Source of the DNA: Candidatus Porifericomitaceae bacterium
Lineage (GTDB): Bacteria; Pseudomonadota; Gammaproteobacteria; Porifericomitales; Porifericomitaceae
Reading direction: 5' to 3'
DNA length: 64,000 nt
Assembly (NCBI GenBank): GCA_965212005.1
Contig: OZ243038.1
Location: forward strand, 2,193,432 to 2,257,431
In this document: one piece after another, positions 51,220-61,908 of the stretch
Layout of the letters: the number at the start of each line of letters is the position of its first letter
Position numbering within the stretch: position 1 is the first letter of the stretch
The notes under the pieces: generated by a model
The model's database searches: none
Told to the model about the DNA's origin: nothing
Seen by the model: the letters and a program-made list of their open reading frames with translations, nothing else
Position numbers and translations under genes: made by a program

Positions 51220-51977
51220 TGTTGCGCATTGCCGTTGTCAGTCTGTTCCCGCGCTTTTTTGAACTTTGCCCCGAGTACGGTATCATAGGCCGCGCGCTGC
51301 GCCGCTCGGTGCTGGAGTTGCGGACCTGGAATCCGCGCGATTATGCCGAGGATCGGCAGCGCAGCGTCGACGACCGACCCTACGGCGGTGGCCCCGGCAT
51401 GGTGCTGATGGTGCCGCCGGTGCGTGCGGCCATCCGTGCCGCGCGGGCCTGGCTCGGTGCCGATGCCGTTACGCTGTACCTGAGTCCGCAGGGCCGGCGG
51501 CTGGACCAGGCGGGCGTGCTGGAGCTTTCCCGGTGCCCCGCGCTGCTATTGCTGGCAGGGCACTACGAGGGCATAGACGAGCGCCTGATCCAAATGGAAG
51601 TGGACGAGGAATGGTCGATTGGTGACTATGTGCTGGGCGGGGGCGAGTCCGCCGCGCTGGTGCTGATGGATGCCGTCGTGCGCTGGCTGCCGGGCACGCT
51701 CGGGGACGCCGATTCTGCCGGGCAGGACTCGTTTTGCGGCGGCTTGCTGGAATATCCGCATTACACCCGGCCCCGGCAGATCGAAGGCCGCGGGGTGCCC
51801 GAGGTTCTGTTGAGCGGAGATCACGAGCGCATCCGCCGCTGGCGCTCGATGCAATCCCTGGGGCGGACCTGGCGGCGGCGCCCGGATTTGCTGGGCGCCT
51901 TGCGCCTGAGCAGCGAGCAGCGCCTGCTGCTGCAGGCATACATCAAGAGAGACAGGGAAAGCGGCAGCGCGGAGTAG
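51219..51977 (+). CDS. trmD: tRNA (guanine37-N1)-methyltransferase
   Basis: Standard TrmD SPOUT sequence. Confidence 0.95.
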   Translation: MLRIAVVSLFPRFFELCPEYGIIGRALRRSVLELRTWNPRDYAEDRQRSVDDRPYGGGPGMVLMVPPVRAAIRAARAWLGADAVTLYLSPQGRRLDQAGVLELSRCPALLLLAGHYEGIDERLIQMEVDEEWSIGDYVLGGGESAALVLMDAVVRWLPGTLGDADSAGQDSFCGGLLEYPHYTRPRQIEGRGVPEVLLSGDHERIRRWRSMQSLGRTWRRRPDLLGALRLSSEQRLLLQAYIKRDRESGSAE

Positions 51978-51983
51978 ACGTCA

Positions 51984-52361
51984 ATGCACAAACTGGTACA
52001 AGAACTGGAACAACGGGAGCAGGCCGGCAGCGACCGGCAGAACCTGCCGCAGTTTTATCCGGGTGACACCGTGGTGGTGCGGGTGCGCATCCGGGAAGGG
52101 GAGCGCGAGCGCCTGCAGACTTTTGAAGGTGCCGTCATCGCCCGCCGCAACCGTGGCCTGAGATCCTCCTTCACCGTGCGCAAGATCTCTTACGGAGAGG
52201 GAGTGGAGCGGGTCTTTCACATTTACAGCCCGGTCATCGACAGCATCGAAGTCAAACGCCGCGGTCGGGTGCGGCGCGCCAAGCTGTATTACCTGCGCGA
52301 GCGCAGGGGCAAGGCATCAAGGATCAAGGAGAAGATCCGTCGCGCCGGCGATGCCAAGTGA
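51984..52361 (+). CDS. rplS: 50S ribosomal protein L19
   Basis: Standard L19 sequence. Confidence 0.95.
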   Translation: MHKLVQELEQREQAGSDRQNLPQFYPGDTVVVRVRIREGERERLQTFEGAVIARRNRGLRSSFTVRKISYGEGVERVFHIYSPVIDSIEVKRRGRVRRAKLYYLRERRGKASRIKEKIRRAGDAK

Positions 52362-52876
52362 CGGGGGCGGTGCCGAATCAGAAGCAGAAAGTCCAGTATT
52401 ACGAGAGTTATGTGCCTACGCCGGCAGGCATGGTATGCCTGCAGGTCAACCGGGATGGGCACTTGTGCCATCTCAGCTATGAGAAGGGGAAAAAGCCCGC
52501 CACTGCGCCGGACGTGGCGAGCCGTCGCATCGTCGATGCCCTGCAGCAGTATTTCGAGCAGCCCTGCGGCTTCGATGACCTGCTGTTAGCGCCGGCGCCC
52601 ACCAGGAAGCATCAAAGGGTGCGCTCAATGCTGCTCCGGATCCCGCCCGGGTCCGTGCGCAGTTATGGAGAACTGGCGCATCAGTTAGGTCATAAAGGAG
52701 CCCGCGGCGTAGGCCTCATCTGTGCCCGCAATCCGATACCGATCATAGTGCCGTGCCACCGGGTGATCGCCAGTGATGGCGGCCTGGGAGGTTATGCTCC
52801 TGGGCTGGAGATCAAGCGCCGCCTGCTGGAATGGGAAGGCATCAAATTCAATGCGCAGGGGCTTGTGATCCAGTAG
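52358..52876 (+). CDS. ogt: Methylated-DNA--protein-cysteine methyltransferase
   Basis: [11 protein letters not shown] active site. Confidence 0.85.
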   Translation: MTGAVPNQKQKVQYYESYVPTPAGMVCLQVNRDGHLCHLSYEKGKKPATAPDVASRRIVDALQQYFEQPCGFDDLLLAPAPTRKHQRVRSMLLRIPPGSVRSYGELAHQLGHKGARGVGLICARNPIPIIVPCHRVIASDGGLGGYAPGLEIKRRLLEWEGIKFNAQGLVIQ

Positions 52877-53034
52877 CTGCACCTGCCTGCACGCCGTCCG
52901 CTGAAAATCTTCCGTCATCGACAGGCAGTCGGCTCTGCTCCGGCCGCTCGCCCGGTCCGCACAGTATCCATCATCCCGCCGCCGCCGACTGACTTTAGGT
53001 TTGCCCGGCGTCATCGGGCAGGTTCCGCCCGCCG

Positions 53035-53931
53035 ATGACTGACGCGCCCCCCAGTCTCGATCAGGTCGATCGTTTTCTGGACCTGCTGTGGTTGGAGCGG
53101 GGATTGAGCCTGAATACGCTGACGGCCTATCGTGCCGACCTCCGGGCTTTTGCCCGCTGGACGCAGCAGCAGAACGGCGACCTGCTCAGCGTCGGGAGCG
53201 CGCAGATCCTCTCCTACCTCGCTTCCCCGGCTGCCGGTTCCATGCGCACCCGTGCCCGGCGCCTGTCGTGTCTGCGTAATTTTTATGCGCACCTGCTGCG
53301 CCAGGGCATCCTGCAAAGCGACCCCACCTCCCGCATCGGTTCTCCGTCCATCGGCCGCCCGCTGCCGACGTCCCTGACCGAGGCGGACGTGGAGCGCCTG
53401 CTGCGGGCACCCGATCCCGGCACTGCCCGCGGCCTGCGCGACCGCGCCATGCTGGAAGTGCTGTACGCGACCGGGTTGAGGGTTTCCGAGTTAGTCGGCC
53501 TGCGCATGGACAGCATTGATCTGAAGCAGGGCCTGGTCCGCGTGATCGGCAAAGGCGACAAGGAGCGCCTGGTGCCGTTGGGCGACCCCGCCGTAGGCTG
53601 GTTGCGGGACTACCTGCGCCAGGCGCGCCCCGAATTATGTGGTCCGGACCCGGGCTCCGCCCTGTTTCCCGGTCGTTCCGGGCAGGCCATGAGCCGCCAG
53701 GGTTTCTGGCATATCGTCAAGCGTTATGCGTACCAGGCGGAACTGGACAAGACGATCTCTCCGCACGTACTGCGCCACGCCTTTGCCACGCACCTGGTCA
53801 ACCACGGGGCAGACCTGCGCGTGGTGCAGTTGCTGCTGGGACACCAGGACATCTCTACCACCCAGATCTACACGCACGTAGCCGCTGAACGCCTGAAAAC
53901 CCTGCACAGCAAACACCATCCCCGCGGCTGA
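53035..53931 (+). CDS. xerD: Tyrosine recombinase XerD
   Basis: R..HxxR..Y catalytic residues (LRHAFATHL, TQIYTHV). Typical position after rplS. Confidence 0.9.
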   Translation: MTDAPPSLDQVDRFLDLLWLERGLSLNTLTAYRADLRAFARWTQQQNGDLLSVGSAQILSYLASPAAGSMRTRARRLSCLRNFYAHLLRQGILQSDPTSRIGSPSIGRPLPTSLTEADVERLLRAPDPGTARGLRDRAMLEVLYATGLRVSELVGLRMDSIDLKQGLVRVIGKGDKERLVPLGDPAVGWLRDYLRQARPELCGPDPGSALFPGRSGQAMSRQGFWHIVKRYAYQAELDKTISPHVLRHAFATHLVNHGADLRVVQLLLGHQDISTTQIYTHVAAERLKTLHSKHHPRG

Positions 53932-54303
53932 GGGCTACCTGCCGTCGTCCAGTGCCGGCCTGCACCGGGTCGAACAGGAAAAACGAACAGGACAGGTGCT
54001 AATCTTCCGGCATCGGTACAGTGCAACGGTATGATTCCAGGAAATAAAGCAATGCCAATAAAAATGTTCAGTACATGAAACAAAATCGTTTCCGCCTGAC
54101 TTCCGGTCGGTGCAGGTGGAAGGACTTCGGAGCGCTTTTCATTCATGCCCGTGCAGCGCGGAACGCGGTAAAGGAACGGCCTGCGCGGCAACGAAAAGCT
54201 CCGCCCTGCAAGTGGCTCCACTTTGGCAAGGAGGGCGGGCCGGTCGCGGTAGTTGAGGTCTGCTACTGCTGTAGTCTACCGGCGGACGCCGCGCAGGCCG
54301 CGC

Positions 54304-54786
54304 TTACCACCGGTATTTGTTGTACAGATGCGGATGGGCCCAGTGCCTGTCATTCAACCACTCCGGCACTGTTTTGTAATTTGCCAGGGAAAAATGATAC
54401 ACCTGCCAGGGGTGGCCGTCCCGTTCGCATTCGAGCAGGTGGCACATGCCCAGCGCCAGAAAATGCTCGCGCCGCCAGCGGGCGTGTGCCCGGCCCGGCT
54501 CGGTCGGCGGACAATGGACAATCAGCAGCGGGTCGGCATGCAGGTCGCGCAATCTCCCGAGCAACTGCCGCAGCGGTCGCTGCGGCCATTGCTCCAGCTC
54601 TCCGACCAGCAGAGCCAAGTCATAGCGGCCCTGGATGGCATCCGGCGGTGTGACCGGCTCGATTCGACTGTGGACCGTGGCCCCGGCCTCGGTCAGCAGC
54701 TGCTGGGCCTCTGCGCCTACCGCCAGTACCCGCTGTGGCTGCAGGCGAGCGACGAAATCCTTCAACCATTCGGTGCAGTTTTTCAT
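54304..54786 (-). CDS. Hypothetical protein (Rossmann-like VLAVGAEAQ stretch)
   Basis: 160-aa ORF, no recognised family. Confidence 0.4.
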   Translation of the reverse strand: MKNCTEWLKDFVARLQPQRVLAVGAEAQQLLTEAGATVHSRIEPVTPPDAIQGRYDLALLVGELEQWPQRPLRQLLGRLRDLHADPLLIVHCPPTEPGRAHARWRREHFLALGMCHLLECERDGHPWQVYHFSLANYKTVPEWLNDRHWAHPHLYNKYRW

Positions 54787-55201
54787 TGCTTTCTCCCCCT
54801 CTGGGGTGGTGCGGATGGCCTCCCGGAACTTTCCCTGGGGACCTGGGCGGCCCGCAAGTGCGTTCCGCGCAGAGTGGCCGGCTGGTTCTATGGGCCTGGA
54901 TCGTGGATTATCCGCCGATCGCTGATCTTTCGTGCGGTGCTCGGATCCGCCGGGCAGGCGCGTCCCCTGCGCGCGAGGTATTTTCCGAGTGAAACCGGAC
55001 TGGCTACAGGATTATAATGCAGGGATTACCCCAAAGGGGAGTGCCGGGGACGAATGAAAGGAGAGCGCCTACAGGTGATGCTTTGGCGGTTGTGTGTCTG
55101 CATGAAGAGGCAGAGAAAGCCTGTTTCAGAGATTTTGCTTGCGACGGAATACTGATCCGATACGGGCTGCGGGCGCCCTGCTGACAGCCCTTATTTTAGG
55201 T

Positions 55202-55766
55202 TCAAGATGCTTTAAGCGGTCTATTTCGTATAGATTTCAGCAGGTATTTATACATATTTTCATGGCGCATATTGAAGCGAAACTCGCACTCTTTCAAGCG
55301 GTAATAAAACATCTGTTTGTGAATACCCCGAAAGCGGGCAAGGCGCACCTTGCACCGCCCCCGGAAGTTCTCAATTCCGTCGCTATAAACCGCCATCTGC
55401 TTACTGGTCCGGCCCTCGATAATCGGCAGGATTTCAGCCATAGAGCAGTTTTTAACCACCTGCGTATACACCTTGCCGCCACGCTTGGACATGCCGAACA
55501 CCGGCGTTTTCCGAGCGGCACCGCGCCCGCGCCCGCCGCGTACCCGGCGGGGCCCGAAGTAGCTTTCATCCAACTCAACCGCGCCCTCGTCAAAGGGGCT
55601 GGCGCGCTCGCATTCATGGGCGACGTGTGGTCTGATATGATGGAACAAACGGTTTGCCGCAGGGCGGCTGATCCCGGCGATTTGGGCGACTTTGCAAGCC
55701 TCGATATCGAGGCAAAACAGGCGCAGAATCTGGCAGAATTTCGCCTCAAAGTATCTTGAACCTTAT
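55202..55766 (-). mobile_element. IS1595-family (ISXO2-like) transposase, N-terminally truncated (about 188 of ~320 codons; C-terminus intact)
   Basis: Minus-strand frame reads GSRYFEAKFCQILRLFCLDIEACKVAQIAGISRPAANRLFHHIR...VELDESYFGPRRVRGGRGRGAARKTPVFGMSKRGGKVY...ECEFRFNMRH. No start codon in the first ~40 codons. Confidence 0.7.
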
Positions 55767-55772
55767 TTTATA

Positions 55773-58700
55773 ATGGACAATCCTCAAGGTTCTTCCTCTT
55801 CCGTCTTTATGGCGGGCGCCACGGCGGTGCGGGAGTTGGTTCGGCGCGTGCTCACTGTCAGTGCGGTGCTGGTTACGCTGGTGGTGGTGGTGCTGCTGAT
55901 TTTTCGCTTTTCCTGGCTGTACCTGGGCGGCCGGGAGGTGCGGGTGCAGGAATTGCTTGGCAATTATTTGCAGCGTCCGGTGCAGATTGAGTCCCTGAAC
56001 GCGAGTTGGCACGGCTGGGATCCGCAGCTGGATCTGTCCGGCATTACGCTGCCCTCCTCGGATCCGGAACTGCCGCCGGTGCAGATACAACAGCTGCATC
56101 TGCGCCTGTCCCTGCTGTCGCTGTTGATCAGCGATAATCCGTTCATCCGCGGTGCCTATGTCGATGGTGTGCAACTGAGTCTGCCGGCGCCATCGGTGTC
56201 ACTGCCGACTTCTCTTGACGTTATGGTTCCGTCCGTTGAAGCGGCTGACCCGCAGGGTGCGCCGAAAGAGGTGTTGGCATTGGCATCGTTACTGCGGCAA
56301 ATCCAGATTCTGCACGTGCGAAACATCCAGCTCAGCTGGTTGCGCTCTTCCGGCGACGTGCTGCAGTGGCCTGACCTGGAGCTGGCCGAGCTGCACTATC
56401 GGCATCGCTTTCGCAAGCATCATCTGCAGATCCAGGTGCAGCCACCGCCCAGCCATGCGCAGGCACTGCAGTTTAGATTCAGTTGGCAGGGCGACCCGCT
56501 CCTGGGTGAGCAGCCCGTGCAGATTTACGCGCAGGGGCAGGAAGTGCAACTGGAGTCTTGGCTGCAGCAGGATCCAGTGCTGCTGGAAGCCAGCGGCCTG
56601 CACTTGGATTCCGCGCGTTTTGACCTGGAAGGGTGGGGTAGTTGGCGGGCCGGCAAGCTGCGCTGGATGCGCCTGCGCACACTGGGAGACATAACCTTGG
56701 ACACCGGCGGCAAGAGCCTGCAAGTGCAGGACCTGGCGGCCTGGTGGAGCATCGATCAGCGCCGTGCCGGGGGCAGGTATTGGGGGCTGAAGGTGGATCG
56801 CATGCACACCGACGCCGCGGTCTGGCCGGCTTTTGCGCTTCGGGCTCTGCAGTACCCGGACGGCCGGCGTTGGGATGCGCACCTGAGCCGTTTTCCGCTG
56901 GACCGGCTGCACGGCTTGCTGCCCTTTCTGCCCCCGTTGCCGCAGCAGGAGCAGCAATGGTTGCAGGCGCACGAATTCAGCGGTGAATTGCGCGATCTGC
57001 GCGCCCGCCTGCATCTGCCTGCAGGGGCGCAGCCCAAGTTCGCGCTGAATTTGGAGCTGGCCGACGTTGCCTTGCGCGGGGAACAGGTATATCAATGGGA
57101 CGGGCTGCAGGGGCGCCTGCGCTTTGGCACGCGCGGCGGGGCGGCGGAGTTGCAATCCGGCCCGGTGGAGATCGATCTGCCTCGACTGCTGGCCCATCCG
57201 CTGGACTTGGAAACAATGGAGTTTCGGTTGGCCTGGTTCGGGTGGGATACGGATCAGGCCCGTGTTCTCGTACAGCCGATACAGGCGCAAGTAGACGGGG
57301 GAAAGGTAGAACTTCATGCCGATCTGCAGTGGCGGGACAAAGCCCTGAGCGGAGCTGGACTATTCCTTAAAATGAAAGATTTGCCGGTACAGACGGTGAC
57401 CAAGCGGTTGCCGCTCACTCTGCCGGACGTTGTCCATCAGACCGTGCAGCAAATCCTTCCCTCCGGAAACGTGGATCAAGGCACCTTGCTCTACCGCCAT
57501 TCCATTCAGGAAGGCAAGCGCGTTGACTATGACAGGGTGGACCGCTTCCAGTTTTACGCGGAACTGGTTGACGCCGAAATCAACCTGGGAGCTCCGGTGC
57601 CTCCGCTGCAGCAAGTGCATGGCTGGGTGCTGTTCGACGGATTTTCGCTGCAGGCTGGAATGGATAACGGGCTCTGGCTGCATTCCTCCGTCGCCGGGAC
57701 ACAGTTGCAGTATGCCGATCTGAGAAAGCCTCGCCTGCAAGGGCAGCTGTACCTGGCCGGTGACCTGAAAGACGTGCATCAATTGCTGGCGGTCAGCGGG
57801 ATGAGCAGGTCGCACGGGTGGAACTATGCGGGCGATCAACAACTCGTGCTGGACGTTGCGCAGGACGCGGAGCGCAAATTCGTGCTCCATTCGGGGAAGA
57901 TGCAGATCGAAGGAGGCACATTGCATAACGATAAAGACTGGGGACTGCGCGAGATCGTCGGAGAGTTGCAGATCGATGACGGTGTTTTGCGGGCGCGTGA
58001 GCTGCAAGCTCGCTACCAGGGCTTCCCGGTGCATCTGGACCTGGATCTTCAATTGGATCCATCGTCTCCGGCATTGCAGTTTGCGTTGCGCGGGAATGCC
58101 GATGCGACCGCCATCAGGGAGGAGTTGCACTGGCATTGGCCTGAAGCAGGCCCGGTGCTGGATCGCCTGGCCGGCGCACTGTCGGGAGAAACCGGGTGGC
58201 AGGCCGAACTGCACTATCAGCCGCAGCAGGATGACCGATTGGCCGCCTGGGATATGAAGGTGCGCTCTGATCTCTCTGGCCTGCGCATCGATCTGCCTGC
58301 TCCGCTGGGCAAGGCGGAGGCGTCGCCTATTGACAACATGCAATTGAAGTTACGGTACCAGGAGGGTTCCCTGCACACGGCTGCGCTGGACTACGACGGG
58401 ATACAGCTGCTCTGGGAGTCAGGCTTGGCTGCGGACGAGGCTCAATCGGGTTGGCAATTGCACGGCGAGATGCCGGAATTTTCGATGGCGGGGTGGAGCG
58501 AGTGGCTTACCTCCGGGGAGCCGATGTGGTCGGATGAAGAGCAGGGCTTCGCCGGTGGCGGGAGCCATTTGCAGCTCGACTTGAAGGTTTCCCGCCTGGA
58601 ACTGTTCGGCAATGATTATACGAATCTGACGATCAAGAAACTGGATACAGCGACGCAAGCGCAGATCCGTTTACACAGCGATCAGTTGATCGGAGCACTC

Positions 58701-59750
58701 TCTATTCCTCCGCAGGATGACGCCGGGCACAAGTCTCCCTGGAAGCTGGATATTGAGCATTGGTATTTGCCCGAGGCAGCGGCAAAAGAAGAGGGCGAAT
58801 CGGATTGGGTACGGAACCGTGCACCATCCCGGGAGGACAGCGAGCGCCCCCAGGTCGATCCGCGCCGGATACCGGAGTTGGACGTACGTATTGAGCAGAT
58901 ACACCAGGGCGATGAGCTGTTGGGCAGTGTGCAGTTGCAGTCTCGGAAGCAGCCGCAGGGGCTGGATTTCCCTGTTTTTGAACTGCAGGGAGAAGGTCTG
59001 AGCCTGAACGGCTCGGGCTCCTGGCTGCTACTGCCGGAAGGCATACAGACGGCGCTGCGCCTTGATATCAAGGCGGATGTGTTCAACTCGCTCTCAAGGT
59101 TGTTGGGCGAGCACTCCGACGTGATTGTAGATGGGGGCGGCGCTCTCAGCCTGGATATGCGCTGGCCGGGCTCTCCCGCCGACTACCAGCTCTTGCAGAT
59201 GGAGGGCAGCCTGAACGTGGATTTAGGCAAAGGCCAGCTGAACTTCGGATCAGGCGGCACCTGGCTGCTGGGTCTGCTCAATCTGAATGGCTTGCTGCGT
59301 TTTATGGCGTTGGATTTCTCTCAACTGCTCAGCAATAAAGTGAAATTCGACAGCATCAAGGGAACCTTCGATTTGCAGGACGGAAATGCACACACTCAAG
59401 ACTTGAAGCTGATCGGCCCCACGCTGGACATGCACCTGACAGGCCGCAGCGGACTCATGGAGCAAGACTACGATCAGTCCGTTACCGTAGTTCCTCATCT
59501 GTCCGATAGTCTCCCATGGGTCAGCCTGATATTCGGCCCGGCCGGGATCGGCGCCGGGCTCACCTGGCATATCTTCGGAGAGTGGAGCGGCATTCCGCAG
59601 CGCATGGACCAGGTCTTTATGCGCAAGTACCGGATCACCGGCAGTTGGGAGGAGCCGCAGGTCGAGTCTGAATACCCGGACACTGCGTCCGCTGAAGATG
59701 CTGCCGGCCCGGGCTCCGTACTGCAGGATGTGCTGAGTCCGAAGCGCTGA
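55773..59750 (+). CDS. AsmA-family giant inner-membrane-anchored protein, YhdP-like
   Basis: About 1325 aa, single N-terminal TM helix, long beta-rich body, conserved C-terminal region (..VVPHLSDSLPWVSLIFGPAGIGAGLTWHIF..). Confidence 0.7.
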   Translation: MDNPQGSSSSVFMAGATAVRELVRRVLTVSAVLVTLVVVVLLIFRFSWLYLGGREVRVQELLGNYLQRPVQIESLNASWHGWDPQLDLSGITLPSSDPELPPVQIQQLHLRLSLLSLLISDNPFIRGAYVDGVQLSLPAPSVSLPTSLDVMVPSVEAADPQGAPKEVLALASLLRQIQILHVRNIQLSWLRSSGDVLQWPDLELAELHYRHRFRKHHLQIQVQPPPSHAQALQFRFSWQGDPLLGEQPVQIYAQGQEVQLESWLQQDPVLLEASGLHLDSARFDLEGWGSWRAGKLRWMRLRTLGDITLDTGGKSLQVQDLAAWWSIDQRRAGGRYWGLKVDRMHTDAAVWPAFALRALQYPDGRRWDAHLSRFPLDRLHGLLPFLPPLPQQEQQWLQAHEFSGELRDLRARLHLPAGAQPKFALNLELADVALRGEQVYQWDGLQGRLRFGTRGGAAELQSGPVEIDLPRLLAHPLDLETMEFRLAWFGWDTDQARVLVQPIQAQVDGGKVELHADLQWRDKALSGAGLFLKMKDLPVQTVTKRLPLTLPDVVHQTVQQILPSGNVDQGTLLYRHSIQEGKRVDYDRVDRFQFYAELVDAEINLGAPVPPLQQVHGWVLFDGFSLQAGMDNGLWLHSSVAGTQLQYADLRKPRLQGQLYLAGDLKDVHQLLAVSGMSRSHGWNYAGDQQLVLDVAQDAERKFVLHSGKMQIEGGTLHNDKDWGLREIVGELQIDDGVLRARELQARYQGFPVHLDLDLQLDPSSPALQFALRGNADATAIREELHWHWPEAGPVLDRLAGALSGETGWQAELHYQPQQDDRLAAWDMKVRSDLSGLRIDLPAPLGKAEASPIDNMQLKLRYQEGSLHTAALDYDGIQLLWESGLAADEAQSGWQLHGEMPEFSMAGWSEWLTSGEPMWSDEEQGFAGGGSHLQLDLKVSRLELFGNDYTNLTIKKLDTATQAQIRLHSDQLIGALSIPPQDDAGHKSPWKLDIEHWYLPEAAAKEEGESDWVRNRAPSREDSERPQVDPRRIPELDVRIEQIHQGDELLGSVQLQSRKQPQGLDFPVFELQGEGLSLNGSGSWLLLPEGIQTALRLDIKADVFNSLSRLLGEHSDVIVDGGGALSLDMRWPGSPADYQLLQMEGSLNVDLGKGQLNFGSGGTWLLGLLNLNGLLRFMALDFSQLLSNKVKFDSIKGTFDLQDGNAHTQDLKLIGPTLDMHLTGRSGLMEQDYDQSVTVVPHLSDSLPWVSLIFGPAGIGAGLTWHIFGEWSGIPQRMDQVFMRKYRITGSWEEPQVESEYPDTASAEDAAGPGSVLQDVLSPKR

Positions 59751-59792
59751 TCAGGTGGCGGACGGCGTCTGTGAACTCCCGGCAGCGTCCGG

Positions 59793-60194
59793 TCAGGGAT
59801 GGGCGAATACGTGAAAGAATAAAATCATCGCCGAGGCCACTGTCATCCCGACGCCCAACTCGACCAGCATGATGCCCAGATGCTGTCCGCCTATCGGCAG
59901 CGCGTCATAGTCGAGGAAGGCACCGCCACCGGCGATGCAGACCAGCCCCACGCCGATGTACAGCAAAAGCCCCAGAGACATGAACAGCCGCAGGGTAGCG
60001 AGGGGCAAAATCTTCTGTGCCCGGCGCAGGCCGGCGATCAACCCGTACAGCACCAGGCCGGAGGCAAACACGACGCCGGCCTGGAAGCCGCCACCGGGAC
60101 CGTAGTCTCCGTGAAACTGTATATACAGCCCGAACAGCAGGATCATCGGCAGCAGGAGCCGGGCGATGATGCGCAATACTAGGTGATGCTCCAT
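59793..60194 (-). CDS. Mrp/Mnh-type cation:proton antiporter subunit B-like membrane protein
   Basis: 133 aa, 4 TM helices, MnhB-like. Confidence 0.6.
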   Translation of the reverse strand: MEHHLVLRIIARLLLPMILLFGLYIQFHGDYGPGGGFQAGVVFASGLVLYGLIAGLRRAQKILPLATLRLFMSLGLLLYIGVGLVCIAGGGAFLDYDALPIGGQHLGIMLVELGVGMTVASAMILFFHVFAHP

Positions 60195-60200
60195 GGCTCC

Positions 60201-60746
60201 CTATTGGGGTTTTACCGCGGCAGCGCGCCGGCGGCCGCGTCCAATCAAGGCCAGCACCCCCACGCCCGCGGTGTAGATCACAACCAACTCGCCTAATGTG
60301 TCATAGCCGCGGTAACTGGCTAACACCGAGGTGACCACGTTCGGCACCTGCAGTTCGCTGCCGCTGCCTTCCAGGTAATAGGGGCTCAGATAGCTGTTTA
60401 CCGGTGAGGACGGGTCCCCAAAGCCCGGCAGGTCCCAGGAGCCGTAGCAAAGCAGGGCCGCGCACAGTGCGCATACTGGCAGCGCCGGCCATAATTTTCG
60501 CCGCGGTGCGTGCACTGCCGGGTCTGCGGGTGTATCGCTTCCCGTCAGCGCCAGGCAACTGACGAACAGCACGACCGAAATTCCGATCCCAACCACTGCC
60601 TCGGTCAGGGCGACGTCCACCGCGTTCAGCGAGACGAACAGCGCTACCGAAAACAGGCTGAAGATTCCCGCCAGCACGACAGCGGCGAAGAGTCCGCGCG
60701 AGATATTGATTTGCAATGCAGTCAGCACCATCAACGGCGGCAGCAC
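60201..60746 (-). CDS. Membrane protein, DUF4040/MnhB N-terminal-like
   Basis: 181-aa polytopic protein lying between mnhG and mnhB. Confidence 0.5.
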   Translation of the reverse strand: MLPPLMVLTALQINISRGLFAAVVLAGIFSLFSVALFVSLNAVDVALTEAVVGIGISVVLFVSCLALTGSDTPADPAVHAPRRKLWPALPVCALCAALLCYGSWDLPGFGDPSSPVNSYLSPYYLEGSGSELQVPNVVTSVLASYRGYDTLGELVVIYTAGVGVLALIGRGRRRAAAVKPQ

Positions 60747-60754
60747 CCATTGGA

Positions 60755-61084
60755 TCAGAGCTTCGATGGGGGCGCTCCTTTTTCAGGCAGCTGAATCGGC
60801 AGCCTGCCGTGCAGTGCCGCCTTGGCCAGTGCGTGTGAGGCGGTAGGGCTGGTGAGCAGGATGAACAGCAGGATCAGCATCAGCTTCAACGTGGTCAGTC
60901 CCCAGCTGGAGTACAGCATCAGTCCACCCAGCAGCAGGATGGTGCCCAGCGAGTCCGTTACGCCTGCCGCGTGTAGCCGGGTATAAAAATTCGGCAGCCG
61001 CAGCAGACCAATCCCGCCGATCAGTATAAAAATGCCGCCCGCCGCCATCAGCACTGACGCGAGCGTCTGCAGCAGTGTCATCAC
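60755..61084 (-). CDS. mnhG: Mrp/Mnh antiporter subunit G
   Basis: GIGLLRLPNFYTRLHA. Confidence 0.7.
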   Translation of the reverse strand: MMTLLQTLASVLMAAGGIFILIGGIGLLRLPNFYTRLHAAGVTDSLGTILLLGGLMLYSSWGLTTLKLMLILLFILLTSPTASHALAKAALHGRLPIQLPEKGAPPSKL

Positions 61085-61368
61085 AGCTCCGGTTCTACGA
61101 CTTCATCCGCGGAGCCACGAGCCATGTCCCGGTACTCAAAGAATTTCAGCACTGCCAGCGTGCCGATAAAATTCATCAGCGCATATACCAGCGCTATATC
61201 CAGGAAATCCGGTCGGTCGGTGCTAAAGCCGTGCAGCACGATAATCAGCACCGTGATCGTGCCCATCGTGTTGGCCGCCAGCAGCCGATCATATAGCGTC
61301 GGGCCGCGCAGGGCTCGCAGCAGTACCAGCATCAGCGCTGCCAGCACGCACAGCATGGCCGCGCTCAA
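61081..61368 (-). CDS. mnhF: Mrp/Mnh antiporter subunit F
   Basis: 95 aa, RGPTLYDRLLAANTMGT. Confidence 0.7.
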   Translation of the reverse strand: MSAAMLCVLAALMLVLLRALRGPTLYDRLLAANTMGTITVLIIVLHGFSTDRPDFLDIALVYALMNFIGTLAVLKFFEYRDMARGSADEVVEPEL

Positions 61369-61835
61369 GTTCTCCTCTCCTCCAGCACTGCCACCCTGCG
61401 CTCCATCTCTCCGCTCTCCAGTACCTCGGACTCGCCGCTCAAGGCGTGGACTTCTACGTGATCCGAGTCTATCTGGACCGTAACCGTGCCCGGCGTCAGC
61501 GTAATCGAGTTGGCATAAATCATTCTGCGCAAGTCATCTTCCAGCTTGCAGGGCAGGCTCAGCAGGCGCGGTCGAATGGGCAACTGCGGCGATAGAATGC
61601 GCCTGCTGACGTCCAGGCTGGATTTGACGATCTGCCATAACAGCCATCCCCAGTAAGGCGCCAGCGCAAATACCCGCAACCGGTAGGGGTGCTCCTCGGG
61701 ATCGATCATCTCCATGCGCAGCGTCAGCCAAAGCACCAGGCTGATTGACAGCACGCCCAGCCCGAGCAACAAAAGCTCCGCCCGCCCGGACAAACTTAAC
61801 CATAGCACCGAAAGCGCCACACACAGGCTCAGCAT
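61365..61835 (-). CDS. mnhE: Mrp/Mnh antiporter subunit E
   Basis: 157 aa. Start chosen at ATG 61835 within a longer GC-rich ORF. Confidence 0.65.
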   Translation of the reverse strand: MLSLCVALSVLWLSLSGRAELLLLGLGVLSISLVLWLTLRMEMIDPEEHPYRLRVFALAPYWGWLLWQIVKSSLDVSRRILSPQLPIRPRLLSLPCKLEDDLRRMIYANSITLTPGTVTVQIDSDHVEVHALSGESEVLESGEMERRVAVLEERRT

Positions 61836-61908
61836 TGAAACAGCATGCCGGGAGCGCCAGCGCTTTCCTGCCTCATTCACGAGGGTTGACTTTCCACGCC
61901 GTGCGCAG

